DNA of 64,000 nucleotides, taken from the NCBI GenBank assembly GCA_964188305.1, contig OZ076900.1, one strand, 5' to 3'. This document shows positions 62,013-64,000 of the stretch, one piece after another. Position numbers and translations under genes: made by a program. The notes below the pieces were generated by a model. That model saw nothing but the letters and a program-made list of their open reading frames with translations, searched no databases and was not told the DNA's origin. The stretch comes from Podarcis bocagei (Eukaryota). Every line of letters starts with the position of its first letter. The stretch's first letter is position 1.

Positions 62013-62539
62013 TACTTCCGGGTTTTGCCACTTGCGCATGCACAGATGCTCAAAATGATGTCATGTGCATGCACGGAAGCGGCAAAACGTGACCCGTGCA
62101 CACGCAGACGCGTCTTACGTTCTATTCAGGATGCGAACGGGGCTCTGGAATGGATCCCGTTCACATCCAGAGGTACCACTGTAGTTAAATAGGTATTGCT
62201 CCGGCGGGAAGATAAATGGCGTTTCCGTGCGCTGCTCTGGTTCACCAGAAACGGCTTAGTCATGCTGGCCACATGACCCAGAAGCTGTATGCCAGCTCCC
62301 TCAGCCAGTAAAGTGAGATGAGCGCCACAACCCCAGAGTCGTCCGTGACTGGACCTAACGGTTAGGGGTCCCTTTACCTTTAAGGGGGGTAAACACTAAT
62401 CCTCACCCACAACTTCTCTTCTACTCCCTAACCCGCAAAAACAAAACAAAATACAAGAGGGGCATGTTTGTATCCTGCAAAGAAGGTGGTGGATTTTTGT
62501 GGGGTGGGGATTTGAGCTCAGCTCTTCCTTTCCCCACTC

Positions 62540-62581
<42 letters not shown>
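62540..62581. repeat. (ATT)n microsatellite
   Basis: Direct reading. Confidence 0.95.
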
Positions 62582-62582
<1 letters not shown>

Positions 62583-62629
62583 TCCCACTTTTCTTTGAAG
62601 CACGTATTCTCTCTCTGTCTGAATTTAAT

Positions 62630-62765
62630 ACTACTGTGAGGTAGGTTAGGCTGAGATACAGTGACTGGCCTAGGATAACCCACTTCATGGCCTGGTGGGG
62701 ATTTGAACCCGCGTTTCCCAGGACCTAGTTTTTTATATTCTGGCTGCCACAGCATACTGGCTCCC
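62630..62765 (-). mobile_element. Old MIR/Squam2-like tRNA SINE (similar remnant at ~59240-59460)
   Basis: GTGAGGTAGGTTAGGCTGAGA..GTGACTGGCC..GGGATTTGAACCC (B-box on the minus strand). Confidence 0.65.
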
Positions 62766-63654
62766 TCCCTGTAAACTTCAGGGGACTTTATTTGCTCTCT
62801 GTTTTCCTAATAAAGTGCTTTGAGTTGAAAATGAGTTGATGGCAAGGAGTCTGCTGAGAAGAAAGGTCATCGTAGGCCAAGAAAGTAAGGCAGCTAAAAG
62901 GGAAATCAAACCAACTCTGTGAATGAATTATAGGTTAACTAGCATTCTGTTCAGCAGAGCACTTGTCGGTGTTATTTATATCAGTTTCCAGGGGTGGGGA
63001 ATGTAATAAAATGAACACCATAAGAATAAAAAAGAACATTACCTGCCCCTCAGGCAGTCAGATTTCCATGACTTTTTTGGGTGGGTTCCCCCCCCCCCCC
63101 ACCTTCAGTAGAGTTCTTTAGTGCTCCACTTTGTAATAAAGTTAAGGAATTCTCTGATCTAATTTATCAGTTTTGATCCTTTTCATGCCTTGTGCCTGAA
63201 CACTTTGTAAACTCAGCTGTGCAAAACTGCACACTAGACCAACAGCAAGTAGCTCTCAAATAAGCCATTTCCTGGGCTCTGGGCTACCAATGTGAGCAAT
63301 GAGGAAATAAATGGATGCTTTTTGGGGAAACGATGGCAGGACATCTGCTTTGCATGCAGAAGGTCTCAGGTTCAATCATTTCCAGGTAGGCCTGGGAATG
63401 CCCTCCATTTAAACCCTGTGTAAGGACTGATGTTTAATATAGACAGTACTGAGCTAGAGAGTCAAATGTCCTGACTTGGTGTCATGCAGCTTCCTTTGGT
63501 CCAGGGCAGTGCACTCCCTGATGGTTCATACTAATTGCTAGCTGAACAGTGAAATTTTCAGATTGGCCCAGAATAATGGAGAATGTGCTTTCCTTTTAGC
63601 TTTTTAATTAAGTAAATGGAGACTTGAAATGTTTCTGTGGTCAGTTCTATGATT

Positions 63655-63760
63655 CTGTGGTTGACTATCCATCATGTATGATCTAGCTGAGATTCCTGCA
63701 ATGCTCAGGATTGGACCAGATGACCCTCAGGATCCCTTTCACGTCTACAATTCTATGATG
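63655..63760 (+). mobile_element. CR1 3' end fragment
   Basis: AGCTGAGATTCCTGCAATG..GGACCAGATGACCCTC..CTACAATTCTATGAT. Confidence 0.75.
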
Positions 63761-64000
63761 CATAAGGAATGTTTGAGGAATTTGATATTTGAAAATTTCT
63801 ATGCAAAATTTTCTGGTTGGCTCCTTGCAGACTATGTATGATCAGAACATATAAAGCTACCATATACAAAGTCTTGTCCACCTAGCTCAGTATGCTATGG
63901 ATTGAATCTGTAGCCTGCATGCAAAGCATGTGCTTTTCCACTGAGCTATGGTAATCACCAGATTTTGCACTTTCTTATATATATTTTGAATGCAGGTTAA

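Larger units (their letters stand above)
61540..62181. mobile_element. Tigger-like MITE (outer)
   Basis: CAGTCATACCTC..GAGGTACCACTG, TA duplicated (61538-61539 and 62182-62183). Confidence 0.88.
61497..62380 (+). mobile_element. 5'-truncated Sauria SINE split by nested MITEs
   Basis: CTGCCAACCTAGCAGTTCGAAAGCAC..GTGCAAGTA resumes at 62184 as GTTAAATAGGTA..CCCTTTACCTT; TSD TAAGGGG. Confidence 0.9.

Noticed and set aside
55-62755. The many 60-150 aa ORFs in the track read as host genes
   Set aside because: Vertebrate non-coding DNA. They overlap SINEs, MITEs or microsatellites, many use non-ATG starts, and none shows a recognisable host protein domain.

Overview
Eukaryotic, not prokaryotic. 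This is repeat-rich intronic or intergenic DNA from a squamate reptile, most likely a lacertid lizard; that is an inference from young Sauria/POM-type (Squam1), Squam2 and Squam3 SINEs. I recognise no host protein-coding exon, and almost every ORF in the supplied track is spurious or transposon-derived. The window holds LINE fragments (L1, L2, CR1, RTE-X and an RTE-derived bipartite element), Tc1/mariner-pogo (Tigger-like) MITEs with TA duplications, hAT MITEs with 8-bp duplications, microsatellites, one 130-N assembly gap and several TE-free AT-rich stretches that look like regulatory DNA. The most notable observations are four. (1) Two SINEs with different tRNA heads (Lys-CTT and Asn-GTT) are fused to the same position of a CR1 3' end, and that CR1 end is also present in the window. 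(2) Two diverged copies of an ~800-bp LTR-like element lack TG..CA ends and are both flanked by TT, a possible tyrosine-recombinase (DIRS/Ngaro-type) repeat. (3) There is a four-layer insertion stack at 20.6-22.8 kb. (4) There is a three-layer stack at 61.5-62.4 kb whose innermost MITE carries an emerging minisatellite. Family names come from recall of consensus sequences; no database search was run. I found no convincing evidence of a new gene system.
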